NCBI GenBank assembly: GCA_965198235.1
Contig: OZ240248.1
Location: forward strand, 1,568,001 to 1,632,000
Source: Candidatus Poribacteria bacterium
GTDB taxonomy: Bacteria > Poribacteria > WGA-4E > WGA-3G
Length of the DNA stretch: 64,000 bases
Direction: 5' to 3'
In this document: positions 40,349 to 51,675 of the stretch, piece by piece
Layout of the letters: every line of letters begins with the position of its first letter
Numbering within the stretch: the first letter of the stretch is position 1
The notes under the pieces: generated by a model
What the model was told of the DNA's origin: nothing
What the model saw: only the letters and a program-made list of their open reading frames with translations
Databases searched by the model: none
Position numbers and translations under genes: made by a program

Positions 40349-42349
40349 CTAATCCACATTATCAGATGTAAGATCCCACAACAACACGATGCCATCCCAA
40401 CTTGCACTCGCCAGCGTTTTTCCATTCGGACTGAATGCTATTGCAATAACAGCATTCCGATGTGCATCCAGGGTCCGAAGATGTGTGCCAGTTTCCACAT
40501 CCCACAGACGAATAGTTCTGTCCAAACCCGAACTTGCCAGTATCTTTCCATCCGGACTGAAAGCGATACTATAGACATTTCCCTGATGCGCTTCTATCGT
40601 CCGAATCAGTTCACCAGACCCTGGATTCCAGAAACGCACGGTCTGGTCCGTACTGCAACTCGCCAGTATCTTTCCATCCGGACTAAATGCTACGCCATTT
40701 ACAGAATCACTATGTTTGTCCAAAGTAAAAAGAGGGGTACCCGTCTGCACATCCCATACACGCAAAATTTCATCATCACTCGCGCTTGCTAACAGTGAAC
40801 TGTCCGGGCTGAATGCTATGCGATAGACATGTTCCCCGGGATCTAACGCCATGAGTAGACTTTTACGTAGCTTTTGTGCTGCTTCCTTATCACCTTTTAG
40901 CATTCGATCACGCAGCTTTTGTATCTCTTCCGGACTAGGCAATTTTTGATGTTTTGACATCATACGTATAGGTTTTCGTGTTTGCCTATCCCACAAATAG
41001 ATGGTGTTTTGACGACTTGCACTCGCCAGTGTTTTGCCATCCGGGCTGAATGCAACGGTTGTGATATCTGCATCTGCATTATGCCCCATCAACGGCGGCA
41101 GTTTTATGCCTGTTTTTATATCCCACAATTTCACGGTCTTGTCCCAACCGCTACTTGCCAGTGTCTTTCCATCTGGACTGAATGCGACGTTTGCTCTAAG
41201 GTAGATATCGCTTTCCAGCGGCGGAAGCGGTGCCCCTGTCTGCGCATTCCAGAAATAAACGGTATTATCCCAAGTGCCACCTGCCAGCGTTTTGCCGTCC
41301 GGACTGAATGCAAGGCTATGTACATCCATCATCGTATGCTCTACTATCTTTTGAAGTTCTTTACCGGTTTCCACATCCCACAACCGCACGGTGTCGTCCA
41401 TGCTACCGCTCATCAGCATCTTCCCATCCGGGCTAAATAGAACGCGCTCGCTACCCCATTCATGCCCAGACACCACCCGCAGATGTGCCCCTGTCTGCAC
41501 ATCCCATAGACGGATGGTCTTGTCGGCACTTGTACTCGCCAATGTCTTCCCATCTGGACTGAACGCGATACCTTCAACAATAGCACTATGCTCAGTCAAC
41601 GTCTGAAGAGTCTCACCGGTCTGCACATTCCACAAACGCACGCTTCGATCCTGATTTGCACTCGCGAGTGTCTCCCCATCCGGACTGAATACTACGGTAT
41701 AAACATCGCCCTGATGCCCTGTTAGCGTCCGAACAGAATTTCCCGTTTGCGCATCCCACAGACGAACGGTTTTGTCCGAACCCGAACTTGCCAGTGTTTC
41801 TCCATCCGGACTAAACGCTACGCTTGTGACACCACCTTCATGTGCTGCCAGCACCCGAAGATTTGTGCCGGTTTCCACATCCCACAGACGAATGGTCTCG
41901 TCTACACTGCCACTTGCCAGCATCTTCCCGTCCGGACTGAATGCTACACTTGTGGTAAATTCTTCATGTCCTTGCATCGTCCGAAGTTCAGCACCCGTCT
42001 GTGCATTCCATAAACGGACGGTGCGGTCTTCACTTGTGCTTGCCAATATCTTCCCATCTGGGCTAAACGCTACGCTCAATACCCAATGCGTATGCCCTGT
42101 CAACAGATTAAGTATTTTGCCTGTCTCTACGTCATACATCCAAATACCGATGCTACCCGCGACCGCTAAACGTTTTCCATCAGCGGAACTCGCTATCTTT
42201 CCTGTTAACGAACCTTTGCCGTGCCGTGCTTTCACGCCTTTGGGTAAATACCGTAAATACAAATCCTGTGGGTCTTGTGCTATGGTATTTTGAGGAATAA
42301 CACATATCGCCAGTCCAATCACTAAAATGAAAGTCAGTGTATTTTTCAT
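40349..42349 (-). CDS. Secreted WD40-repeat protein
   Basis: About 14 repeats of VAFSPDGK.LAS...D.TVRLW. Confidence 0.95.
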   Translation of the reverse strand: MKNTLTFILVIGLAICVIPQNTIAQDPQDLYLRYLPKGVKARHGKGSLTGKIASSADGKRLAVAGSIGIWMYDVETGKILNLLTGHTHWVLSVAFSPDGKILASTSEDRTVRLWNAQTGAELRTMQGHEEFTTSVAFSPDGKMLASGSVDETIRLWDVETGTNLRVLAAHEGGVTSVAFSPDGETLASSGSDKTVRLWDAQTGNSVRTLTGHQGDVYTVVFSPDGETLASANQDRSVRLWNVQTGETLQTLTEHSAIVEGIAFSPDGKTLASTSADKTIRLWDVQTGAHLRVVSGHEWGSERVLFSPDGKMLMSGSMDDTVRLWDVETGKELQKIVEHTMMDVHSLAFSPDGKTLAGGTWDNTVYFWNAQTGAPLPPLESDIYLRANVAFSPDGKTLASSGWDKTVKLWDIKTGIKLPPLMGHNADADITTVAFSPDGKTLASASRQNTIYLWDRQTRKPIRMMSKHQKLPSPEEIQKLRDRMLKGDKEAAQKLRKSLLMALDPGEHVYRIAFSPDSSLLASASDDEILRVWDVQTGTPLFTLDKHSDSVNGVAFSPDGKILASCSTDQTVRFWNPGSGELIRTIEAHQGNVYSIAFSPDGKILASSGLDRTIRLWDVETGTHLRTLDAHRNAVIAIAFSPNGKTLASASWDGIVLLWDLTSDNVD

Positions 42350-42662
42350 GAGAGGGTTATCCTTTTGCGGGAATATATCTGTTATCAAATCGGCAATAGA
42401 TGGAATATGCCGTCTTGAACTTCTCTGAATCCTTAAGTCGAACTTACTTTATTAAAGACACAATTTTTAGGCAAAACGTTACATGGCGTGAAAAAAAGGA
42501 TTTTATCGGATGATGATTTACAATTTATGGGTCTGGTGATGCCAAGTCGTTTTTCACAGGGTTTCTGATAAAGGTGTATAAGTATATACGTGCATACAGG
42601 TGTGTAATCTGTGTCAATCCGAGATTCAGACAAAAACGGTGCACTTAGCTGACAGTTGATCG

Positions 42663-44279
42663 CTACTTCCGTATCAACATCTTCCGTATCGCCGTGAATT
42701 CCCCGGCTCCGAGTGTATAGAAATAGACTCCACTCGCGACAGGCTCACCGAATTCGTTTTTGCCGTCCCAATGTGCTGCACGGCTACGGTTCTGGTATAC
42801 ACCCGCGGATTGATGTCCTAATGCTAAGGTGCGGACCAAAGTGCCGTTCACAGAATAGATAGTCAATGTAACATCAGCAGGTTTAGAGAGTTGATAGGGT
42901 ATCCACGTTTCAGGATTGAACGGGTTGGGGTAATTGGGCAGAAGTCCTGTCTTTTTTGGGGTCAACACCTCCATAAGATACTTTAGGACGATCACCCCTC
43001 TTTGGAAGGTTGGGTCGCGCACGTCAGTGCGTTGTATTTGAGTCAGCCAAAGTTGGATGTCTTCAGGGCGTAGGGGCGGGTGACTGGGGGCTGCTCCTAT
43101 ACCAGCAAAAATAGGAGGCGCGGCTGCTTCCGTACCCATTAAAGCTGCAGCCAAGACAATATCACGAATATTAACAGTACCATCGCCGTTAACATCCGCA
43201 GGATCAGGGCCCGTTCGCCCCAAACGCGACGCAATACGGACGAGGTCCAGGATATTTACGACTCCGTTACCATCAACATCTGCAGGTAGAGGACGCGATC
43301 CGGGAAGTATAGCAGGTTCCTCTCCAGTAACGAGTGTCGCGAATTCTGATAAAGCATTGGGGTTTTGCAGTAGAGTCTGAAAGTCCGCATCGCGGAGCAT
43401 CGCTCTGAGACCGGCGTTTTCTTTAATGAATGTTATCGTTTTATCCTGTAAACCGAACTGCGCCAAGAGGTCTGGATTCTCAGCAACAGCATCTATCGTG
43501 AGCGGGGTCAAAAGGACCTGTATCTCCGGTTCTTGAAGTCGCGATAAGACGGTTGGAAGTACTTCCTGAATCTCCGGATCTTGGAGGATGGCACTATATT
43601 TTTCAAACAGGTATGTAGCGAGAGAAATATCGAAAGTCACAATAGGCAGGGCAGTGCTAAAATCGCCCGCCTCAAGATAGATCTCAAAAAACATTCCCCA
43701 ATTCCATAGATTATCACTTACCTTAACGAGCAGGAGGTTATCTCCGACTTTCAGGTTGACGCGGAACAGGTCTTGAATGCCAGTTGTGCGTCTATCCACC
43801 TTGTTTACGTGAACCACTTTGCCATTGAGCCAAACCTTGACGGAGTCGTCGCTGCCAACTCCCATCGCGACGTTTTTTCGTTCTCGCGGCGAGATGATGT
43901 TAATCAAAGCGTACGCAGAGTGATAATTTAAACCCCGATCATTGCTCAATCCTATCCTGTTGATAACATTGTTGACATTGTCTGAATGGCAGATCCAACC
44001 CCGGAATAAGCAATCAACCTCTGGGAAAATCCGACCACGGGTCCATTGCAACTGCCCGACGGTATCCCCTTCGTTTACGCCATATTCAGCGACAAGATTT
44101 TCAGTGATCATCCCCTTGCTTGCGGCAGCCAACTGGTCGCTATCTATATCTGCACCGCTGGCAATCATCCACAACCAAGGCCCTTCTATATAAGCCTCCA
44201 CAGGAGGGCAAAGGACACCTATGAATAAAACAAAAAGACCCACCAGGACGCAGCTTGTGGGTTTACTATACAGATTCAT
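42663..44279 (-). CDS. Secreted protein with dockerin-like repeats and FlgD/T9SS-like C-terminal domain
   Basis: ADVDGNGVVNILDL, ADVNGDGTVNI, NYPNPFNPETWIPY, ASGVYFY..RKMLIRK. Confidence 0.88.
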   Translation of the reverse strand: MNLYSKPTSCVLVGLFVLFIGVLCPPVEAYIEGPWLWMIASGADIDSDQLAAASKGMITENLVAEYGVNEGDTVGQLQWTRGRIFPEVDCLFRGWICHSDNVNNVINRIGLSNDRGLNYHSAYALINIISPRERKNVAMGVGSDDSVKVWLNGKVVHVNKVDRRTTGIQDLFRVNLKVGDNLLLVKVSDNLWNWGMFFEIYLEAGDFSTALPIVTFDISLATYLFEKYSAILQDPEIQEVLPTVLSRLQEPEIQVLLTPLTIDAVAENPDLLAQFGLQDKTITFIKENAGLRAMLRDADFQTLLQNPNALSEFATLVTGEEPAILPGSRPLPADVDGNGVVNILDLVRIASRLGRTGPDPADVNGDGTVNIRDIVLAAALMGTEAAAPPIFAGIGAAPSHPPLRPEDIQLWLTQIQRTDVRDPTFQRGVIVLKYLMEVLTPKKTGLLPNYPNPFNPETWIPYQLSKPADVTLTIYSVNGTLVRTLALGHQSAGVYQNRSRAAHWDGKNEFGEPVASGVYFYTLGAGEFTAIRKMLIRK

Positions 44280-44420
44280 GAACGTTGCTCCCTCAAAGGG
44301 GCTTCCTTATGAAAAAACAGTGGAATGAAGCAGGTTAAAAGTATTACACAAAATCTAATATTTTGCTATAATGCGTGTAGTATACTACATCCAATCATCA
44401 TACACAAGGAATAACGACGC

Positions 44421-45248
44421 ATGAAATTTAAACGCGAAGAAATTTTAACGCAACTGCGCAGCAACATTGATGCAGGCAAACCCATCATTGGGGCAGGTGC
44501 TGGCACAGGTATCTCTGCGAAATGTGAGGCAGCCGGTGGCATTGACCTGATTATTATCTATAATTCCGGCAGATTTAGGATGGCGGGTAGGGGTTCACTC
44601 GCCGGTATGATGCCATACGGCGACGCGAACCAGATTGTCGTTGAGATGGCAAGCGAGGTGCTACCAGTCGTTCCAGACACACCTGTCCTTGCAGGGGTCT
44701 GTGGTACGGATCCGTTCCGTTTGATGGATGTCTTCTTGAGTCAGATAGATGCGATCGGGTTTTCCGGTGTGCAAAACTTCCCAACGGTGGGACTGATTGA
44801 CGGCACATTCCGTCAACTGCTTGAAGAGACCGATATGGGATACGGACCCGAGGTGGAGATGATTCGGACGGCGCATCAGATGGGGATGCTTACCACACCT
44901 TACGCTTTCAACGAAACTGAGGCAGAGCAGATGGCGGATGCGGGTGCGGATATTCTCGTCGCACACATGGGATTGACAACAAAGGGTTCTATCGGTGCGC
45001 AAACTGCTCTCACGCTTGCGGATGCCGCCAAACGGGTGCAAGCCATTCATGATGCGGCGAAAGGGGTTAACTCGGAGATTCTCGTTATCTGTCACGGGGG
45101 TCCGATCGCTGAGCCAGAGGACGCAACGTCTGTTCTGGAAAATACCGAAGGGGTAGTGGGGTTCTATGGTGCGTCAAGCGCGGAGCGTCTCCCGACGGAA
45201 CGCGCGATTACAGCACAGATTGAGGAATTCAAGAAGATTCGGTTGTAG
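44421..45248 (+). CDS. PEP-hydrolase-like / Tm-1-like TIM-barrel protein
   Basis: [38 protein letters not shown]. Confidence 0.9.
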   Translation: MKFKREEILTQLRSNIDAGKPIIGAGAGTGISAKCEAAGGIDLIIIYNSGRFRMAGRGSLAGMMPYGDANQIVVEMASEVLPVVPDTPVLAGVCGTDPFRLMDVFLSQIDAIGFSGVQNFPTVGLIDGTFRQLLEETDMGYGPEVEMIRTAHQMGMLTTPYAFNETEAEQMADAGADILVAHMGLTTKGSIGAQTALTLADAAKRVQAIHDAAKGVNSEILVICHGGPIAEPEDATSVLENTEGVVGFYGASSAERLPTERAITAQIEEFKKIRL

Positions 45249-45406
45249 GAGGCGAGACACAGGGGTTTACCAAACAAGGTTCATTAGTAGAGACATCGGG
45301 CTTACAAGGTTTCCCTCCCACAACGGGATTTGATCTCACCTATCATAATTATTGATATAGGTTGGCGAGGTTAGGAAACCTCGCCAGCGGGATGGGACGT
45401 AGGTGC

Positions 45407-47020
45407 TTACAACGGCACAACCCCAGCGTATTTAACACTTGTCAAATAGGCGATATCGCGCTCCCATGTCGTCAAATCGTCTGGATTGAATTGATTCAGA
45501 TGGGTGTGTCCGCAGGCACGCGCTAACACCTGTATGAGGGAAACAGACGCACCAAAAAACCGGTTCAATTGTTCCGCTGCGACTTCCACCTTGAGTCGAG
45601 AACGCAGATGATCCTTCTGTGTTGCAATGCCAACGGGGCAATTGTTGGTATGGCATGCGCGCATCCCGATACAACCGATCGCTTGCATCGCTGAATTCGC
45701 AATCGCAACCCCATCTGCACCGAGTGCCAACGCTTTGGCAAAATCAGCGGCTGTTCGCAAACCACCCGTAATAATAAGCGTAACATCGCTGTTGCCCGTT
45801 TCGTTGAGGTATTTCCGGGCGCGTGCTAAGGCTGGCATCGTTGGGACTGAGATGTTGTCTCGGAATAGAAGCGGTGCGGCACCGGTGCCACCGCCTCTAC
45901 CGTCCAAGATAATATAGTCCACACCGACGTGGAGTGCGGCTTCGATGTCCTTCTCGATGTGCTGCGCGGAGAGCTTAAATCCGATCGGAATACCGTCGGT
46001 CTCCTTCCGCACCAATTCAGCAAACTTCGCAAAGTCGTCCAGTGTTTCCCAATCGGGAAACCGCGCAGGTGAGATCGCAGGTTCCCCCGGACGCAACCCA
46101 CGTACCGCCGCTATCTCCTCTGTTACCTTGTTGCCGGGGAGATGTCCGCCTGTCCCCGTCTTTGCTCCTTGGCCACCCTTGAAATGAAATGCCTGCGCGT
46201 GTTCCAATTTATCGTAAGAGAATCCGAACCGCGCGGAAGCGAGTTCATAAAAGTAACGGCTGTTTGATTGAGCCTCTGCCAATAGCATACCGCCTTCGCC
46301 GGAGCAGATGCCTGTGCCTGCCATCTCCGCACCCTTCGCTAATGCGGTTTTCGCCTCAGCCGACAGCGCACCGAAACTCATATCGGAGACAAAGATCGGT
46401 ATATCCAGTTTAAGCGGTTTCTTCGCCCGCGGACCGATAACCAGTTCCGTTCCGACCGGTTCATCATCGAGGTGTGGTGTTTTGTGGAGCTGCGCCACCA
46501 CGAACTGAAGATTGTCCCAATTCGGTAAATTCTCCCGCAGCACTCCCATCGCCTCGGTTTGACCGTGGTGTCCGACCTTGCTCAGTCCGTGGCGTGCCAA
46601 TTCCTGAATTTGGACGACATAGGGTTCTTCCGAGGTGCCGTGGATGTCTTGATACGTTCCCTGATATTCGTCCCGGTGGTAAGGTTGCGGGTTCTGACCT
46701 TCCCACTCCCGGATTTCGTCTTCGTCAACGTAGACAGCATCGTTCTCTATCCATGCATTAAATTTGGCGAGACGTTCCGTGTTCTGATATTCGCTGACAC
46801 CGGTATCGTAGCGATAATCCCAGTAGTGAACGCCACATATCAGGTTTTCGCCGTCGATGTAACCATCTGAGAGCAAAGCCCCGCGATGATGGCATCTCCC
46901 ATAAAGCACAGAAACTTCGTTGTCATACCGGATAACGACGAGATCTACATTTGCAACGAGGGCATAAGCCGGCTCGCGATCGTTGAGTTTGCTGAAGTCA
47001 GCAATTTTTGTTTTCATCAT
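45407..47020 (-). CDS. Rieske domain fused to an FMN-binding glutamate-synthase-like domain
   Basis: CHHRG..CGVH; MSFGALS, GEGG, GQGAK, C....ACHTNNCPVG. Confidence 0.88.
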   Translation of the reverse strand: MMKTKIADFSKLNDREPAYALVANVDLVVIRYDNEVSVLYGRCHHRGALLSDGYIDGENLICGVHYWDYRYDTGVSEYQNTERLAKFNAWIENDAVYVDEDEIREWEGQNPQPYHRDEYQGTYQDIHGTSEEPYVVQIQELARHGLSKVGHHGQTEAMGVLRENLPNWDNLQFVVAQLHKTPHLDDEPVGTELVIGPRAKKPLKLDIPIFVSDMSFGALSAEAKTALAKGAEMAGTGICSGEGGMLLAEAQSNSRYFYELASARFGFSYDKLEHAQAFHFKGGQGAKTGTGGHLPGNKVTEEIAAVRGLRPGEPAISPARFPDWETLDDFAKFAELVRKETDGIPIGFKLSAQHIEKDIEAALHVGVDYIILDGRGGGTGAAPLLFRDNISVPTMPALARARKYLNETGNSDVTLIITGGLRTAADFAKALALGADGVAIANSAMQAIGCIGMRACHTNNCPVGIATQKDHLRSRLKVEVAAEQLNRFFGASVSLIQVLARACGHTHLNQFNPDDLTTWERDIAYLTSVKYAGVVPL

Positions 47021-47025
47021 TTTCG

Positions 47026-48090
47026 CTACTCCAGATAGGTTTCGTTGATATAGCGCGTGATTATCTCTATCTCTTCCTCTTCAAGATAGAGCCCGGTGTC
47101 TATCATTCGGATTATGATCTCGGTTGTCTCCTCTTTGGAGCGCGGTGGATAGTCTTCAACGTCCGTGAACGGATGACATTGCGAACATTTGTCCTCAAAG
47201 AGTGCTTTCGCTTCTACTTCATCGTAGGTGTTTGTCGTTGTGACAATCTCACCTTCTGCTTCCATTTCTATAGCGAAAGTCACGACTTGGGCAGCGATTT
47301 TCGCTTCATCCGCGCGCATCTGTTCCTGCCGTTGTTGTCGCACTGAAGTCTGAATATCAGGTGTAATTGCGATGAGATATGCTGAGACGCTCCACTCTTC
47401 TTCCTCGTGAATAGGTTCGCTAATCATAGGCTTTATCGCCATCCGATTGACGAGACGGACCCAATCTGTGGGGGTGCGTGGTTTTGCGAGAATGGTGCGT
47501 AGATCGTGGCAGACGACGCACTTGTGCTGTAAGACCTGCTGTCCGTCCCGCAATTTTCGCTTTGATGCCAACTGGTCGAGCGGTGCCTCTATAGGCAATC
47601 CGGCGTTTTCAAGCAACCTGCGTGTTCGCGCGATACCCTCCTCACTAAATGCCCCTGTCTGTGTTCGCAACGCCGCTTCACGGAATGTGAACGGCACCGA
47701 CAGTCCAATCAACAGATAGGTGCAAATCAGCAGGGTGGTACCAATATACGGCATCACTTCCTCAAAATGTCGGAAAAACCGAAGGATGGCAATCTTGACG
47801 AGGATCAACACGCCGATGGTGATACCGAGCATCAGATGAGCGACGGTTCGAGGCGGCAATTCGACTTGGTAATTCCACAAACGTGGTACCATGTACCACA
47901 TCATAAAAACATAGAGTATCGCATACGCATAGCCGATGAGTCGATGAAGCAGCATCAAGGAACGTGGAGCGGAACTTGTATGCGTCTCCTTGTCAAATGG
48001 ATAACCCCAGAGTTTAAACATCAAGAAAACGGAGGCGTTCGCGAGTCCTAAAAAAATTAGACCCAGGATTGCACTCATTGAAGTAGACAT
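47026..48090 (-). CDS. Membrane diheme c-type cytochrome
   Basis: Four N-terminal TM helices with His residues; CVVCH and CSQCH. Confidence 0.8.
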   Translation of the reverse strand: MSTSMSAILGLIFLGLANASVFLMFKLWGYPFDKETHTSSAPRSLMLLHRLIGYAYAILYVFMMWYMVPRLWNYQVELPPRTVAHLMLGITIGVLILVKIAILRFFRHFEEVMPYIGTTLLICTYLLIGLSVPFTFREAALRTQTGAFSEEGIARTRRLLENAGLPIEAPLDQLASKRKLRDGQQVLQHKCVVCHDLRTILAKPRTPTDWVRLVNRMAIKPMISEPIHEEEEWSVSAYLIAITPDIQTSVRQQRQEQMRADEAKIAAQVVTFAIEMEAEGEIVTTTNTYDEVEAKALFEDKCSQCHPFTDVEDYPPRSKEETTEIIIRMIDTGLYLEEEEIEIITRYINETYLE

Positions 48091-48105
48091 GTCGGATATT
48101 CCTTC

Positions 48106-48906
48106 CTACGCCTCCAAGGTCGGACGATTTAATCGAGAATGATAGGGAGGCTCCATGACAGCGCGCTGACGTTCATTTGCCCACTCCGGTATTTCATAGG
48201 CGGGAACATACGCCATGTTGCCTGCGGTATAACGGGTTAAGATGGAGCGACGTGGATGTTCAGCCGTCCATGGGAGTGTTCCGTGCGTCACTGCTTCCGT
48301 GAAAATTATCACATCGCCAGCGTCACAGACGAGCTGCCGGATGTGTTCTTGGTGTTGCTGATAGAGCCGCATCTCTTGTGGGCACGTGTAGTTGCTCTTA
48401 TGACTCCCCGGTATAACGATTAACCCACCCGCTCCCGGTGGCACGTCCGTTAACTGAAACGTAACGACGCTCAAGCCGTTGTGCATACGTCCATCACGGA
48501 AAATGTAATACTGGTTCGGGTCGAAGCTGGGACCGGAGGATCCGTGGAAGATGAAACCTTCCGCGCCTTTGTCCATTGAAAGCAGAAACATGTGATGATC
48601 CATACGGAAGCCCTTGCCGAGTATCTCATTAAGATAGGGAACGAGTGTCGGATGTGCGAGCATGTGTCGGAACGGATTACACCACGGTTCTTCCCATCCA
48701 AGCATACCGCCTTGTTCGCCTCTGCCTTGTTCGCCTTTTAGTTCTGGGGATCCGCCATCAAGCGTCTGGTCGCGTGGACGGATGCGCGCTTGGTCACTAT
48801 GTTTGTCAAGAGCTTCGTTGGCGAGGGCTACCTCTTCGGGTGTTAGTACGTTCTTGATAATAAGGTAACCGTTCAGATCGAATAGATATTTTTCATCAAC
48901 GTTCAT
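48106..48906 (-). CDS. PhyH family dioxygenase
   Basis: FDLNGYL, IPGSHK, HGTLPW. Confidence 0.87.
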   Translation of the reverse strand: MNVDEKYLFDLNGYLIIKNVLTPEEVALANEALDKHSDQARIRPRDQTLDGGSPELKGEQGRGEQGGMLGWEEPWCNPFRHMLAHPTLVPYLNEILGKGFRMDHHMFLLSMDKGAEGFIFHGSSGPSFDPNQYYIFRDGRMHNGLSVVTFQLTDVPPGAGGLIVIPGSHKSNYTCPQEMRLYQQHQEHIRQLVCDAGDVIIFTEAVTHGTLPWTAEHPRRSILTRYTAGNMAYVPAYEIPEWANERQRAVMEPPYHSRLNRPTLEA

Positions 48907-48973
48907 GTTCGATGTCCTCCACCTCGCTTTGCCGAGCGAGGTTTCGTGCGGTTACAAACCGCAGTTACCACCA

Positions 48974-50101
48974 TTACACCGCGTAAGCGACAGAGCCATC
49001 TTCACGCAAAAGTGTCGTTCCTGTATTCATTGGTTGATAAGGATTCTTCTCGATTAAACTATCGTCAAGTTCGATGCCCAAACCTGGAGCTTCGGGGATT
49101 GGGATGTATCCACCTTCCCGCTGATACGCTACTTTATAAACAGCGTAGTTTGGGGATTCATCGCCTTTGCTGTATTCCTGTGTAATGAAGTTCGGGATGC
49201 TCGCATCTAAGTGAAGCGATGCGGCGGTAATGAGCGGTCCGAGAAAGTTATGTGTGACAACCGCGCTGTGATACGCTTCAGCCAGTGCCGCGATTTTCTT
49301 GCAGTGCGTTATACCGCCGGCAAGACCGAGGTCTGGACGGACGTATTGCGGTCCACCTGCCTCCAGGAGTTCACGGAATTCCCAGATGCTTACATTACGT
49401 TCGCCGATAGCGAGCGGGGTTGTCATCCGTTTTGCTAATTCCGCTTGCGTTGTAATAGTATCTATTTGGATCGGGTCTTCAATGAAATAGAGATTAAAAG
49501 GGGCAAGTGCGGATTCTAAGACAATGCCATTCATCGGTGTCAGTTTCCGATGTACTTCAACGATCAGATCGAGATCCGGTCCACCGCCTTCACGCGCAGC
49601 AGCGACGATGTCACGAGCGGTCTTGACGAGCCGATCGACTGCCATATCTTGGAAGTTGCCGACCACCGGGTCAAACTTGAGTGCTGTGAAACCTTCTTCG
49701 ACAGCCTCTTTCGCTGCGTCATACATCGTTTCTGGCGTGCTACCGCCACCGAGGAGATGCAATCGAATCTTATCACGACAGTTTCCGCCTAACAGTTCCC
49801 AGATCGGAACACCGAAATGTTTACCCTTGATGTCCCACAAAGCGATGTCCACCGCGCTGATAGCACCGCTCAGCGCGGTCCCACGAAACGGACCCATGCG
49901 GTAGAGATATTGCCAGTGATGCTCAATCCGCAACGGGTTCTGTCCAATAAGATGTTTCTTAAACGTGTTGATGATGCTATCAACGGCTTCTGGATACCCC
50001 CAGCACGCTGTCTGTCCCACGCCGCTGATGCCCGTATCTGTATGAATCCGAATCACATAGCCGTTCCTGATAAAAAACGACTCAATTTTATCAATCTTCA
50101 T
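48974..50101 (-). CDS. Mandelate racemase / galactonate dehydratase-like enolase
   Basis: DIALWDIKGK, EVH, EDP, IGER, PGLG. Confidence 0.9.
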   Translation of the reverse strand: MKIDKIESFFIRNGYVIRIHTDTGISGVGQTACWGYPEAVDSIINTFKKHLIGQNPLRIEHHWQYLYRMGPFRGTALSGAISAVDIALWDIKGKHFGVPIWELLGGNCRDKIRLHLLGGGSTPETMYDAAKEAVEEGFTALKFDPVVGNFQDMAVDRLVKTARDIVAAAREGGGPDLDLIVEVHRKLTPMNGIVLESALAPFNLYFIEDPIQIDTITTQAELAKRMTTPLAIGERNVSIWEFRELLEAGGPQYVRPDLGLAGGITHCKKIAALAEAYHSAVVTHNFLGPLITAASLHLDASIPNFITQEYSKGDESPNYAVYKVAYQREGGYIPIPEAPGLGIELDDSLIEKNPYQPMNTGTTLLREDGSVAYAV

Positions 50102-50500
50102 ATATGCCTCCTATCAGAAGTGACTTAACTTAGTCCGTTGAATTGTATCACAAGCACACGAATTTAACAATAGAGAAGTGAAAAACGTCAGGGCTATTTA
50201 GTTTTCCATTTTTTAGAACATTTTCGGGGTCCCGGACCCGGTAGGAGCGGTTTGTAACCGCTCCGGGCATTGAAAAAGAGGTGTTCAAACGCCAAACAAT
50301 CCGATAATTTCTTAAAACTAAATGGCTCTGGAAAAACGTAGGGACATTTATGGTAGATTTTAGAATTAATTGGACATTAGCACTGGCGAGGTTAGGAAAC
50401 CTCGCCAGCGGGTGTGAAGAAGGACGAGGCACGGGGACCTCGTCCAACATGTTTGTTGCAACAGAAACCGTTAGGGGTTAAAGAAGGTATCCGCTTGAAT

Positions 50501-51307
50501 CTATCGCGTCTTGATCGCTCCCCAACTGAGAGTGAGCAGACCGGTCAGGTCAACTGCTAAACCGTCTTCCATTGCCTCTTCAATCTCGTTTGCGGTTAGT
50601 GCTGCGTCGTAAATTCGGATGTCGTCAATGGCCCCCTCGTAATCGATGCCGCCGGGCCAGCCACTCGTAAACCCGATCTGCCATGTGTTCCCTTTAATGT
50701 CTGCACCACCGTTGTATCCCATGTGATGGACGCCTTCGACCCCATCGACGTAGATATGCCCTCCAAGCCCTTTCAACTCCCACGTCACGGCAACGTGATG
50801 CCATTTGCTGTCTGCTACATCTGTGTCGCCTCTGATCCAGTCACAACTATGACCGACCCATTCGACCGCTCCAGTCTTTCCGCCCTCTGAAGTCGCCGCG
50901 TCACCCACGTAAAACAACTTTTCATGAAGGTCGAGTTGCCGATCGCCGTCGTTCTTGGTCAGGAAACTAACGCCGGTCGTGCTGGTTTTTATCCAAGCCG
51001 TAATCGAGAAATCTGCAGCACCTGTTTCGGTGATCCAAGCGTCGATAGCCACGTAGTCGTCGCCATCGAACTCCAGTGCACTGCCTGAAACACCCGGTAC
51101 CCATTGTGGATCGCCGCCGCCGAATTCACCATCGTGTCCTTTGCCGGAGCTGTCCTTGATGGTCTTGCCTTGACCTTCATTAAGTTGCCAGTGCGCTACC
51201 AATCCTCCTGTCGCATCAATGGACTGTCCAAAAAGGATACACACTGTTGCCAAGAAAATGGCGAAATGGCGTATATGTTTGAAAGTAATAGATTTGGTAA
51301 ATTTCAT
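50501..51307 (-). CDS. Secreted LamG-like protein
   Basis: ALEFDG, WHHVAVTW, GAIDDIRIY; tail AVDLTGLLTLSWGAIK. Confidence 0.87.
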   Translation of the reverse strand: MKFTKSITFKHIRHFAIFLATVCILFGQSIDATGGLVAHWQLNEGQGKTIKDSSGKGHDGEFGGGDPQWVPGVSGSALEFDGDDYVAIDAWITETGAADFSITAWIKTSTTGVSFLTKNDGDRQLDLHEKLFYVGDAATSEGGKTGAVEWVGHSCDWIRGDTDVADSKWHHVAVTWELKGLGGHIYVDGVEGVHHMGYNGGADIKGNTWQIGFTSGWPGGIDYEGAIDDIRIYDAALTANEIEEAMEDGLAVDLTGLLTLSWGAIKTR

Positions 51308-51414
51308 CCGTATGCCCTCCAGAGTTATTTCTGTCCAGACGCGTAACCGTTCATTCTGTGTGTATGATTATAGTCTGATGTGGAAAAAGAGTCAACTGTG
51401 TGAATATGTGGGTT

Positions 51415-51575
51415 AGGGTCATTTAGTTTATATATTTACTTTATGTGAATAAACATTTTATTATGTGCATGAACACTTTTTATCAGGTGTAGCGTGAAAA
51501 GTCCCTCGATATCTCATAAAAACACTAACATCTGTGAACCAAAACTAAAGGCGGAGCCGAAAACTAAATGACCCT
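51415..51575. repeat. MITE-like element, Family D
   Basis: Perfect 15-bp terminal inverted repeat AGGGTCATTTAGTTT / AAACTAAATGACCCT. Confidence 0.65.
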
Positions 51576-51675
51576 GGCTTCCAAATCAAACGGTTGACAC
51601 AAATTTGTGGGCGTGTTAATATAATAGCAAGTTTCGGAGACCTGCAAACTGCACGCTTCAACGAGGAGGCACATT

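Noticed and set aside
40349-42349. DNA-level periodicity as a repeat array or DGR
   Set aside because: Explained by WD40 coding repeats; no reverse transcriptase or TR/VR pair is visible.
42433-42633. 66-aa ORF between the WD40 and dockerin genes
   Set aside because: No recognisable motif; the region looks like promoter or repeat-derived sequence.
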